A stretch of 63,291 bases of DNA, filler included, from Bigelowiella natans CCMP2755 (lineage: Eukaryota; Protista; Cercozoa): assembly GCA_000320545.1 (NCBI GenBank). It is 5 parts of 5 records of this genome, joined end to end, with 100 filler letters (N's around TTAATTAATTAA, not from the genome) between each part and the next. Parts side by side here need not be neighbours in the genome. Positions count along the whole stretch, not along the records: positions 1 to 7,866 come from ADNK01002983.1; positions 7,967 to 21,316 come from ADNK01002728.1; 3 more parts are not named here. One strand, written 5' to 3'. This document shows positions 1 to 10,836 of the stretch, one piece after another. The translations under genes were made by a program, and so were the position numbers. The stretch's first letter is position 1; each line of letters begins with the position of its first letter. Under the pieces are notes generated by a model, which made no database searches, was not told where the DNA came from, and saw only the letters and a program-made list of their open reading frames with translations.

Positions 1-899
1 TGTCCAGGTAGTCAACTTGCCAGCTGCCCTGCGGCGATTCCATAGTCGTATAGACAGGGTTAGGTGCTTGATGTTGCAGTCATGTTCGGTGTGATATCTT
101 TTTGAGGTGTTATGAAGATATATTCCTTACGCTTTGTTTTGCCCCTTCCGCCCTTGTACTCTTCCTCTCCCCCTCCCTCACTATCTACCAAAACTATGAC
201 GATACGATAGATAACTACCGAGGGCATGCAACAGCAAAAGGCTAGCAGTAGGAGTAAGAAGAGAAAGAGGACTTCTGGTAACGGGGAGGGGGGAGACGAT
301 GATAATAATGGTAATACCGAGGCACATACGAATCACTAGCAGTGACGTGTATGGAATAGTGGTAGCTTCAACGACTGTTGTTTCCATTCCTTCCCCGCTC
401 CTCCTCCAGTGCGATTGTGAATATTATAGCAATGAGATCCACCACTACTAAAGACGAGTGGTGTTCTAGCCATTTGGTCATCCACCACAATCTGTGATTT
501 CATCGCTAGCAACGTCGATGTCGTACACCGAACACACATCCTGCTACTCATAGGTTTGGGGCTTGGAAAGGGAGCGAGAGGAGAGGACGACCAAAACGGC
601 GATGGGGTTGCAATTCAGAAGGCAAAGGAGGAGATCAAGGCAAAACCGCCCTTTGTTCATCATGACCATCACATGCACCCGAGCGCCCAACCTCGTTGTT
701 GCTGATGCATGCAATGTGCAAACATGCTCATACTCGTCATCCGTGTGATTGTGAGGAGGATGCTTGACGCGAAATGTGATGACAGGTGAACCAGCTCCTG
801 TATATTCTGGGCATCGTTAAGAACGCAGATGAATTATGTGATGGAACTGCAAGACAAATCTAACGAGCCCCGAGACGTAGATTGCCCGTTGGAGATGTT

Positions 900-2100
900 G
901 ATTGAGCAGTTCGATTCATAATGCCATGCTGTGGCATGGTGCTTGCATGCGTTCGACAACTGTGGATCAAATATCAACACTGTGCGTTGGGATTGAAAGC
1001 GACACTGACACAGATGACAGTTTCTTGGTCCGATGTGGCTCATCAAATCCCTCATTGAACAATCACACATGTGCACATGACATGAATGCGCCTTTTGAGT
1101 TTTTGCGATTGCATCCATGCTCAAGGCGCTGCGCGAACTTTGCCCATTTCTGCATGTGACGATTAATTTGCGGTGGCGACTTGCTAGCTTGAGATGCTAG
1201 ACTTGCGCGCATGCGAGCACGACAAAGCGAGAGAGCAGGAGCTTGGCATCTTTGTCCATGCGACATGAACATCGTGTGCCGCATTGCCACTTGAATGCAG
1301 ACCAACAGCGCGTTTGTTGCGTACAGATGCTATCGTTGGCAACTGTCTGTGCACCATCTTGCAAAGTGTGATGTTTGTTGTCGATCACCGCCATGCAGCG
1401 TCACCGCAAGTTGCGAAAAGCGCTTCCTTCATCATCATTCACACATGCATGTGGCGTGCGTGCCATTGTGCACCATTCGCGCACGCGCATGCACCAGCTG
1501 CATGACAATGATGACACACAACATCGGAGTGTCATTGGTCAGGACAACGATTCATGCGGGTCACATGCGCAAATAAATCGATTTGCAACTCGAGAAAGAC
1601 ATCGTTGCTCAAAATGCATGCAAATGTCATTGAAAAAACAGGACTGCTGAACTGTGCATGCCACGTCACTGATAGTTGTGGTCTGCATGTGTGCATTGGC
1701 AATGCATAAACATCCGCACGTCCCACATGACATGCAGTGATGGACACCATGATGAAATGCACGCTGTGTGCATGCACGTGTCACGTTGCTTTGTCCATCG
1801 CACGCGTGCATGATGCATGCAATGCACACGTGACATGTGCTTTTTCCACGTGGTGCCTAGTTGCAAGGCACGTGTGCATGCATCGTAGGACATCGACAAT
1901 GTGCAAATGACAATGAAAGGTGCTGTTTTTTTGTTCTTCAATGTCTTCACCCTGGCGCCTCTGTGATGACTAGATGACAATTTTTCAAAGAGGGCAAGCC
2001 GAAGCGAAAGAATGGCATGCGAGACTGTGCGGAGCAAAATGATTGTGGCAAAAGAGTTGCAGACAAAAACGATTTCAGTGAAGCCTACATCAACCAAGCG
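900..2100. other. TpA-depleted island with CTAG footprints
   Basis: Few TA dinucleotides and abundant catg/tgca. Footprints cttg-CTAG-cttg 1180-1191 and atga-CTAG-atga 1966-1977. Boundaries approximate. Confidence 0.8.
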
Positions 2101-3052
2101 CACTGCCTGAAGAAAAAGATGAAAAAGAAAGAGAAGCAGAGGAAGGAAAATAATCCAGGCTGCATCGTAGACACTCCCCGGATTTTGAGCAATCATCCCG
2201 ACGATCTTGCCCACCAACCGCAAACAGCTTGCCATCACCAATAGCCACCCCTAAACTCCTCCTCTCAGTCCGCATTTCAGACAGTTCCTTCCAACCTTCC
2301 TCCATGTTCTCCAAATCCAGATGCTCCCCAGATTTTGAGCAATCATGCCGCAGATCATACCCACCAACCACAAATAGCTTGCCATCACCAATAGCCATCC
2401 CCAAACTCCTCCTCTCAGTCCGCATCTCAGGCAGTTCCTTCCAACCCTCCTCCATGTTCTCTAAATCCAGATACTCCCCAGATTTTAAGCAACCATCCTG
2501 ACGATTATACCCACCAACCGCAAACAGCTTGCTATCACCAATAGCCACCCCCAAATACGTCCTCTTAGTCCGCATGTCAGGCAGTTCCTTCCAACCCGCC
2601 TCCATGTTCTCCAAATCCAGATACTCCCCAGATTTTTTGGAAAAATGCCGACTGTCATACCCACCAAGCGCAAACAGCTTGTTATCACCAATAGCCACCC
2701 CCAACCCCCCCCTCCCAGTCCACAAGTCAGGCAGTTCCTTCCAACCCGCCTTCATGTTCTCCAAATCCAGATACTCCCCAGATTTTGAGCAATCATCCCG
2801 ACGATCATACCCACCAACCGCAAACAGCTTGCCATCACCAATGGCCACCCCTAACCCCCCCCTCTCAGTCCGCATTTCAGGCAGTTCCTTCCAACCCGCC
2901 TCCATGTTCTCCAAATTCAGATACTCCCCAGATTTTTTGGAATGATGCCAACGATCACACCCACCAACCGCAAACAGCTTGCCATCACCGATAGCCACCC
3001 CCAAATACGTCCTTTTAGTCCGCATGTCAGGCAGTTTCTTCCACTCCGACAT
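2090..3052 (-). CDS. Kelch-repeat (beta-propeller) protein, six ~50-aa repeats
   Basis: Repeats W-K-E-L-P-x-M-R-T-x-R...G-V-A-I-G-D-G-K-L-F-A-V-G-G-Y-D...S-G-E-Y-L-D-L carry the kelch GG, Y and W signature. DNA period is 150 bp. Confidence 0.9.
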   Translation of the reverse strand: MSEWKKLPDMRTKRTYLGVAIGDGKLFAVGGCDRWHHSKKSGEYLNLENMEAGWKELPEMRTERGGLGVAIGDGKLFAVGGYDRRDDCSKSGEYLDLENMKAGWKELPDLWTGRGGLGVAIGDNKLFALGGYDSRHFSKKSGEYLDLENMEAGWKELPDMRTKRTYLGVAIGDSKLFAVGGYNRQDGCLKSGEYLDLENMEEGWKELPEMRTERRSLGMAIGDGKLFVVGGYDLRHDCSKSGEHLDLENMEEGWKELSEMRTERRSLGVAIGDGKLFAVGGQDRRDDCSKSGECLRCSLDYFPSSASLSFSSFSSGSALG

Positions 3053-4141
3053 TTAGTCTCCGTTCTGCCTCTGCTCCAGCACATCAATTGTTGTATATCC
3101 ATTGATTTTTCCACTATGAGGTCGTCCCAGTCTCTGAACGATGTAGGCACTCGCGAGTATCTCAGCTTTGTGAATTCCATTTTTCAACCTGCCCAGAAAT
3201 CGCTTCTTTTTCATTTCATCTGCGATCAGTTTGTATTTTTCTTTGTCGCTGGTGTGTGCATCATCATCATATTTCTTCCTCAGTTGTGCGATATCTCTTT
3301 CGGTTGAGTCATGCAAAGTTTGAAGTGAATTTGATAACTGAATCTCAGCTTGGGCGATGGCAGTCAGCTTTGTTTCATGACCATGCTTTCGCAACGTGCG
3401 AACGCTCTCTCCTGTGAAAGATGTCCCATCAATTGTTGCGCTTTTGTTTCCGAATTGGGACATAAACGAGATTTTCCCATCGTTGAATTTGTATCTTAGC
3501 ACAAATTTTATATCTGTCTGCTTGAAGGCATATTGCTCTGTTGTTAGTGTGTAAGCGATTTTGCAATTCTTTTTGCCGTTCAAAATGTTCTGAGCATTTC
3601 TCATCCTGCCACAAATGCTCCGCCCTTCCAACACGTCGGTGATTTCCGTGATTTTCTTGCGATGTTTGTCCAAAACGTCTCGCTGGAGCATGATTTCACG
3701 GATCAAATCTCGCTCTTCGCATTCACTGTCCAGTCCTTCACCACCCCCTTCATCCCGGTCTCCACCGACAATTGCATCTTCCAATGTCTTCAATCTAGCT
3801 TCACATACGGATGCATCTTCCTTTCGCTTCTTCAACTCTAGTTCTAAATTTCCTCTCCAGTGTTTCACATAATTCCTCAATTGCTTCAACTTTGTCCTTA
3901 GGTTCTTAAATTCGTTGCTGGTTTGATTGCCAGAAACGATGAAAGTCGCAGCTTGTCCGCAGTTTGTCGGTTCTTTGACGTCACTGTTGCTCGTTGCTAC
4001 TAGTACCGACGCCTTCTTTCGCCTCTTCCTTTGTCTGCCATCTTGAACACTGACTGTCCAGTCCTTTGTTCCCAAGAACTGTGACACAAAAATAGTCCTT
4101 CCTGCAGGAGCTGCTTCTTTGCATGATTGCATTTGTTGCAT
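3053..4141 (-). CDS. N-terminal charged/coiled-coil region, in frame with the kelch ORF but separated by one TAA (possible pseudogene)
   Basis: 362-aa ORF whose stop (3053-3055) directly precedes the ATG of the kelch ORF in the same frame. Confidence 0.6.
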   Translation of the reverse strand: MQQMQSCKEAAPAGRTIFVSQFLGTKDWTVSVQDGRQRKRRKKASVLVATSNSDVKEPTNCGQAATFIVSGNQTSNEFKNLRTKLKQLRNYVKHWRGNLELELKKRKEDASVCEARLKTLEDAIVGGDRDEGGGEGLDSECEERDLIREIMLQRDVLDKHRKKITEITDVLEGRSICGRMRNAQNILNGKKNCKIAYTLTTEQYAFKQTDIKFVLRYKFNDGKISFMSQFGNKSATIDGTSFTGESVRTLRKHGHETKLTAIAQAEIQLSNSLQTLHDSTERDIAQLRKKYDDDAHTSDKEKYKLIADEMKKKRFLGRLKNGIHKAEILASAYIVQRLGRPHSGKINGYTTIDVLEQRQNGD

Positions 4142-4148
4142 GTAGCGT

Positions 4149-4477
4149 GGCCGGTCGAATGAGTTTTTGCTTTATGGTTTCATTTGAACGTTCGATAGCG
4201 TGCGTCAAGTGAGCTCTTATGTCCGAAGAGAAGATGACCGACCATGGATGACGAAAATCCAAAACGACTTAACAATTCAAAATAAGATCCGCCAACTTTC
4301 TTGTCGTAGAACAAAAAAGGCGATATCACCAAGCACCGGCAGGCGGGCCGGTCGAATGAGTTTTCAAGTGAGCTCTTTCTTATGTCCGAAGAGGAGATGA
4401 CCGACCATGGATGACGAAAATCCAAAACGACTTGACAAGATCTGCCAACTTTCTTGTCGTAGAACAAAAAAGGCGAT
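4149..4477. repeat. Local imperfect direct duplication (~130-180 bp units)
   Basis: ggccggtcgaatgagtttt...tatgtccgaagag.agatgaccgaccatggatgacgaaaatccaaaacgactt...gccaactttcttgtcgtagaacaaaaaaggcgata occurs at ~4149-4326 and ~4346-4477. Confidence 0.85.
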
Positions 4478-5276
4478 AACACTAAAGGAACATTGCGATT
4501 TTATAGCTGCGACAAGGAGGAATCCAGACGTGTTGCCCGAGGTTCCATACGAGTATCTCCTGCTCATGGGGGATGCGCTGAGGACTCCTTCTCCACTGAC
4601 TGCCCAACAGAGAGATGGCCACAACATGCTCCTCCGCCTTTTCTCCGTCCTTCCTGTCAATCTCGCGAGCTGGCCAGCGCTGCAAAACTTTGAAGCCCGC
4701 AAAAGCGGCGCTGCTTCTCGCTGGCGGCCATTATAGGCAGGAGGGGGCGGGGAGGGGGCGGGGGGGCCACTCCGATTATGGATGCTCGAAATTCACCAAA
4801 ATCTGCTCCCTACCCAGGAAGACGTCCGTGTCATGCTGCTGTTCTCTCCGATCTGAGTCTTCAGGTACGATTTCTGTTAGCTAGAAGAGGGGGGGAGGAG
4901 TATGAGCAGCAGTAGCAATGTTGTCAGCTGTAAGCAGCACTCACACCATTCTTCTTCGTATCCTCTCACTCCACAATGATAAGACCATATGTTCTTGTTT
5001 CTGTCGCATATGCAATGCTGTGGGGATTTAGCTCATTGAATCATAAGGAGCATACCGGACTTTACCCGCGTACCTCCCCCCCCCCCAACCCCCCCGAACA
5101 CACGATGCTAATACTAAGACTATCAACTACTTGTTAGGGCTGACTCTTGTGGCTGCGACCAACGTGTTCTTATTCGAGCCTTCGTTCAATTTCGCAGTGG
5201 AGCAACAAGCCATAAACAGGGTACTCCTAGTATGAGAAGTATCTTGGGGCTGGCTTTTGCTGAACTGTTTGTGTAT

Positions 5277-5315
<39 letters not shown>

Positions 5316-6599
5316 AAGATTCATCGGATTGGCCAAACGAAGCCTTGTACGGTGAGACAGCGACAACGTGTACAGCACGCCAACCGACAATAGCAGCAAC
5401 AATGCAGTAGTAGTACCTCATTCGTTTCGGTTTTTTATTTACATTCCCTTTCCCACCCCGCCATCATTTGTGAGATGATGACTTGCATATACAGTAACAC
5501 GAACATAGTCTCTGTTCCCATTGTCTAGTGCTTAGTAATGACGTAGAACTCTTATTCCCTCCCCCCCCCCCCCCTTTGGCCGGCCCCTCGCAATGCTACT
5601 GATGCTGATGCTGATGGTGTTGTGCTGAGCTTATAGTTTCTGCCTGTCCGGATGGAATACCACTCAGGTGTACCGCTTTGTAACGACGAACACAATCGAG
5701 GAAAAGATTGTCCAGGTAGTCAACTTGCCAGCTGCCCTGCGGCGATTCCATAGTCGTATAGACAGGGTTGGGTGCTTGATATGGCAGTCATGTTCGGTGT
5801 GATTTCTTTATGAGGTGTTATGAAGATATATTTCCTACGCTTTGTTTGGCCCCTCCCCCCCTTGTACTCCTCCTCTCCCCCTCCCTCACTATCTACCAAA
5901 ACTATGACGATACGATAGATAACTACCGAGGGCATGCAACAGCAAAAGGCTAGCAGTAGGAGTAAGAAGAGAAAGAGGACTTCTGGTAACGGGGAGGGGG
6001 GAGACGATGATAATAATGGTAATACCGAGGCACATACGAATCACTAGCAGTGACGTGTATGGAATAGTGGTAGTTTCATTGACTGTTGTTTCCATTCCTT
6101 CCCCGCTCCTCCTCCAGTGCGATTGTGAATATTATAGCAATGAGATCCACCACTACTAAAGACGAGTGGTGTTCTAGCCATTTGGTCATCCACCACAATC
6201 TGTGATTTCATCGCTAGCAACGTCGATGTCGTACACCGAACACACATCCTGCTACTCATAGGTTTGGGGCTTGGAAAGGGAGCGAGAGGAGAGGACGACC
6301 AAAACGGCGATGGGGTTGCAATTCAGAAGGCAAAGGAGGAGATCAAGGCAAAACCGCCCTTTGTTCATCATGACCATCACATGCACCCGAGCGCCCAACC
6401 TCGTTGTTGCTGATGCATGCAATGTGCAAACATGCTCATACTCGTCATCCGTGTGATTGTGAGGAGGATGCTTGACGCGAAATGTGATGACAGGTGAACC
6501 AGCTCCTGTATCTTCTGGGCATCGTTAAGAACGCAGATGAATTATGTGATGGAACTGCAAGACAAATCTAACGAGCCCCGTGACGTAGATTTATAGATT

Positions 6600-7650
6600 G
6601 CCCATTGGAGATGTTGATTGAGCAGTTCGATTCATAATGCCATGTTAGCTAGCATGGTGCTTGCATGTGTTCGACAACTGTGGATCAAATGTCAACACTG
6701 TGCGTTGGGATTGAAAGCGACACTGACACAGATGATGGTTTGTTGGTCCGATGTGGCTCATCAAATCCCTCATTGAACAATCACACATGTGCATGGCATG
6801 AATGCACCTTGCAAGTTTTCGCGATTGCATCTATGCTCAAAGCGCTGCGCGAACTTTGCCCATTTCGGCATGTGATTGATTTGCGGTGGCGACTTGAGAT
6901 GTTGTGAGCTTGCACGCATGCGAGCATGACAAAGCGGGAGAGCGGGCTAGCGGGAGCTTGGCATCTTTGTCCATGCGACATGAACATCGCATGCCGCATT
7001 GCCACCTGAGTGCAGATCACGACCAACTACAGGGCGTTGTTGCGTACAGATGCTATCGTTGGCAACTGTCTGTGCACCATCTTGCAAAGTGTTCCATCAT
7101 TGTTGTCGATCGTCGCCGCCGTCGTCTCCGCATGCAAGTTGCGGAAAGCGCTTCCTTCGTCATCATTCGTGTATGCATGTGGCGTGCGTGCCATTCGCGC
7201 ACGCGCACTGTTGCACCTGACAATGATGACACACAACGTTGGCGTGTCATTGGTCAGGACAACAATTCAAACGGGTCACATGCGCAAATGAATCGATTTG
7301 CAACGTTCATCGAGAAAGACAACATTGGTCCAATTGCATGGAAATTTCATCGAAAAAACAGGACTGCTAAACTGTGGCACGTCACTAACAGGTACAGTCC
7401 GCCTGGCAATGATGCACAGACATCCGCACATCCCACATGACATGCATTGATGGACATGCGATGATGGAGACCGTGATGCAATGCGAAACTGTGCGGAGCA
7501 AAATGATTGTAGCAAAAGAGTTTCAGACAAAAACGATCTCAGTGAAGCCTCCATCAACTGAGCGCACTGCCCAAAGAAGAAGCCGAAAAATGATGAGAAG
7601 CAGAGGAAGGAAAATGATCCATGCAACGCAGACACTCCCCAGATTTTGAG
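6600..7650. other. TpA-depleted island (paralogue of 900-2100)
   Basis: Same composition bias. Footprint cggg-CTAG-cggg 6943-6954 is absent from copy 1. Confidence 0.75.
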
Positions 7651-7866
7651 CAATCATTCCAACGATCTTGGCCACCAACCGCAAATAGCTTGCCATCACC
7701 AATGGCCACCCCAAAACTCCTCCTCTCAGTTCGCATGTCAGGCAGTTCCTTCCAACCCGCCTCCATGTTCTCCAAATCCAGATACTCCCCAGATTTTAAG
7801 CAACCATGTGGACGATTATACCCACCAACCGCAAACAGCTTGCCATCACCAATAGCCACCCCAAAA
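7554..7866 (-). CDS. 3' end of the second kelch-repeat gene copy (truncated by gap)
   Basis: AIGDGKLFAVGGYNRPHGCLKSGEYLDLENMEAGWKELPDMRTERR... Confidence 0.8.
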
Positions 7867-7966
7867 NNNNNNNNNNNNNNNNNNNNNNNNNNNNNNNNNN
7901 NNNNNNNNNNTTAATTAATTAANNNNNNNNNNNNNNNNNNNNNNNNNNNNNNNNNNNNNNNNNNNN
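7867..7966. other. Artificial contig-joining spacer (N44-TTAATTAATTAA-N44)
   Basis: The identical 100-nt spacer with stops in all six frames recurs four times. Confidence 0.95.
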
Positions 7967-8139
7967 TCCCCCCTCCCTCCCTCCTCCCTCCTCCTGCTGC
8001 TGCTGTATCTACTACTACTACTACTACTCCTATCTAATTCAAACTCCTCCAACGACCTGCTTAAACCAGTCACCTGCAACCTCGTGTTAAATCCCGCCAC
8101 CTTCCGCCCCCTCCCCCCCTCCCCCCCCCCTGCCTACAG

Positions 8140-8629
8140 GAGATCCCTCCCGGAGGCTGTACGTCAACAGAGAAGGGACGCTTGAGCTGGAGGGGGGGGA
8201 TGAGGAGCACGACGATAACTCGGATTTCAACGCAGGGGTAAATGGCGGCGGCGACCTCAATGACCGCAGCAGCGGCGAGTACATGTGCTACGAGGACGTT
8301 TCAGAGGCCGACCTGAACCGCGGCGAGCGACACCGCAGGGTGCGAAGGGCGCACAAGCAACGGCTCCGTGAGATGGCGGAGAGAAACCCGTATGGCTGGG
8401 GTCTGGGCGGCGCCGCCCCCCGGCCTCCTCGTCACCTCCGCGGGGAGGGGGGACAGCGCGTGGATGAGGAGGGGAAAATGGGAGATCATATCGTGCTGCC
8501 GGACTCTGATACGAATGAATACAACGAGGTAGCGTGTTTGGAGATGAAAGGCGTTGGAGAGTGCGGAGGGAATGGTGGGAAGGGGGGGGGGGGGGGGGGG
8601 GCACCAGACATTTTTCAAGACCTTATTGC

Positions 8630-8679
<50 letters not shown>

Positions 8680-8766
8680 CCTTAAATTCTCTCCGATAAC
8701 TTACCAGCTTGATGCACGTGAGTTGGAGGACAAGGTGGTGGCAATGGGGGCTCTCACACAGGTGCT

Positions 8767-8797
<31 letters not shown>

Positions 8798-9792
8798 TCA
8801 CATGATGAATTTTTTCGCCTTAACTATAATCATCATCATCAAGTTCTTCTCCCCATCCTTCCGTTATCTCGCCGACACTTGTAATATCACACAACCTATT
8901 TGTCATTTTATCCATGATCAATGCCATTACTACTGAATTGTTACAAAAATTCAATCGCAATCACCGCATCACGCCATTTTTTCAGGAGCAAGAGCGATTC
9001 GTCCCTGAAATACCATCAGTTCAGGTCTGCAGATTCTGCCTGCCTGACGAGAGCTCTTTCAAAATAGGGGGAGGGGGGGGGGGGGACAATAGCAGTATTT
9101 GTGCGTGTGTGAAGTAGGGTCATTATTACTCACGATCGATACAAAATGACTTAACTACGACATTACGGAGGAGGAAGTATCCTCTCCTCCAGTCATTGAT
9201 GGCGCGTTGTTGTCATCATCTCTGCATTTCATGCGTTTGCGGTTAGGACGACGATGTTGATCGGCTCAAAAGGGAGCGCCAGTTGCTGGAGGTGAATGCT
9301 TCTGCGCTGACTACACTCCCAATATCGAGTCTGAATCTATCATCTCTATACTACAGGAAGGGTGGAAATTTCGCAACCCGGGAGACCCTCTCGACGCCGA
9401 CAGTGACGCTGATAGAGAGAGAGGCGAGGTATTGACGTAGTCAATGATCACGTTTGTATGTGCGTGTAGTGGCATGCAAACGGAAGCTGGCCATTCTGTA
9501 GCACTTTGAGAGAGGTTTCCTTAACGTCTTTCACGAGGAGGATAAATAGTAAAATTAAATTCTTTTGAACTTAAGCAGCATACAGCTGTGTGATAGTGTC
9601 GTTGCTCCTTCTTTCCCTCCAGATAATCCCATCCCCCTCTCTCGCTGTACGGTTAAGAGTTACGATTCACATTTCATCATAAAACAGGAATTTCTTCAGG
9701 AGATGCTCCGATATAGTCCCCAGTATGAGCGGCCGGACGGTATTTCCGGTACAAGGCTGGCTGAAGCAGCTGCACGACGCCCGCCATTGTGA
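8140..9792 (+). CDS. Multi-exon uncharacterised protein, 3' part
   Basis: Acidic open segments bounded by ag/gt (e.g. LDARELEDKVVAMGALTQ, EQERFVPEIPSVQ, DDDVDRLKRERQLLE), ending EFLQEMLRYSPQYERPDG...PPL* at 9792. Exon boundaries approximate. Confidence 0.55.
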
Positions 9793-9829
9793 CAGCGATA
9801 TTGATGATGATTATGATGATGATGGCAAT

Positions 9830-10700
9830 GATGACATGATGCATGCCACAGTTGAATGCCTTATTTTGACGCGGACTTCGACTTCAGAGCGTCTAACAAT
9901 GAAATATCGACCTTCATGCTTGTGATAAGTCCAATTGTACTCATTCACAGCATGCGTGTTGCTCTCTCCACCAAGACGTGTGCCATGCATTTGCGCGCTG
10001 CTGCTGGAGTTCCTGATGTCGATTGTGTGTTCATGCAGCATGCAAATGCGTGTGTGCAATCTAGATGTGTGCACATGTGTGCCGCTAGCTTCGCTTGCAA
10101 AAAATGATTTTCATGCCAGTCCCAGCACACATGGCCAGCACTGCGATGCACTGCAGAGCTGGAGTGCACCACAGCGTGCGTGCGCGCACAAAACGCGAAC
10201 AGCACAACTCAACAAGCGCAGCACCAAGCTAGACAGCGTGCGTGCATGTGTGTGCACGTGCCCTCCCATGGCACTCATTGCAGTGCTGAAGTGCACTGCT
10301 AGACTGATCGCGATCGTTCTGCACATGCACGTTTTGACACACAATGAAAACACACACACACGTGCACAAACATCACTGCACTCCTGCATGTTCTTGATTT
10401 CGCTCCCCAGAGCGAAGAAGCGGAATTGGACAATTCTCAACTGCGACTGTGTCTGCGTTCCCGAACATCTTGGACATTTTTGCTGCCGCAAACGTGATTC
10501 ACGAGCGAGCAGCCCCTGGCCAGGCCTTTGTCGGCCGATGAATTAATTCCAGGGGAGGAAAAAAAAAAGGCGGCCACAGAGCGTGAGATTGATGATGGAT
10601 TTGATGGCTGATGTGCCAACATCAGAAACGACGTTCACAGTGCGAAGGGCCAAATAACAATGGAAATCTCCCGCCCTTTTTGATGGTTTTGATGCAATTT
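9830..10700. other. TpA-depleted island
   Basis: TG/CA-rich with rare TA. Footprint actg-CTAG-actg 10295-10306. Confidence 0.8.
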
Positions 10701-10836
10701 GCGCAGTCGCTAACTGCAATTCCCCTTGTGTTTTGTCCCCGTCATCTTCGGTTATGACGCGTCGTCGTCGCCCGTTGTGGTAAGCTGGGGATCCGGGGTG
10801 GGACAAAGAAAGGCTCCCTCGCCGAGCAAGATCGTT

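Larger units (their letters stand above)
1..5708. repeat. Unit 1 of a ~5.7-kb tandem segmental duplication carrying a kelch-repeat gene
   Basis: Position 1 (tgtccaggtagtcaacttgcc) recurs at 5709. The copies are near-identical over ~180-860 and remain colinear into the kelch repeats. Confidence 0.9.
5709..7866. repeat. Unit 2 (partial, cut by contig end) of the tandem duplication
   Basis: Colinear with position 1 to roughly 2400, with indels. Ends at the N gap. Confidence 0.9.

Noticed and set aside
834-2244. Many overlapping Cys/His/Met-rich ORFs here and in the other islands (e.g. 9935-10546, 36078-36500, 54126-54551)
   Set aside because: Loss of TA removes TAA/TAG stops and creates TGC/CAT/ATG codons, so these ORFs are by-products of composition.
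2170-3050. Regular repeats that could be taken for a CRISPR array
   Set aside because: They are 150-bp in-frame coding kelch repeats with no unique spacers, in eukaryotic DNA.
7911-7922. TTAATTAATTAA palindrome recurring four times
   Set aside because: Artificial linker inside N spacers. Adjacency of the contigs across these spacers is therefore not assumed.
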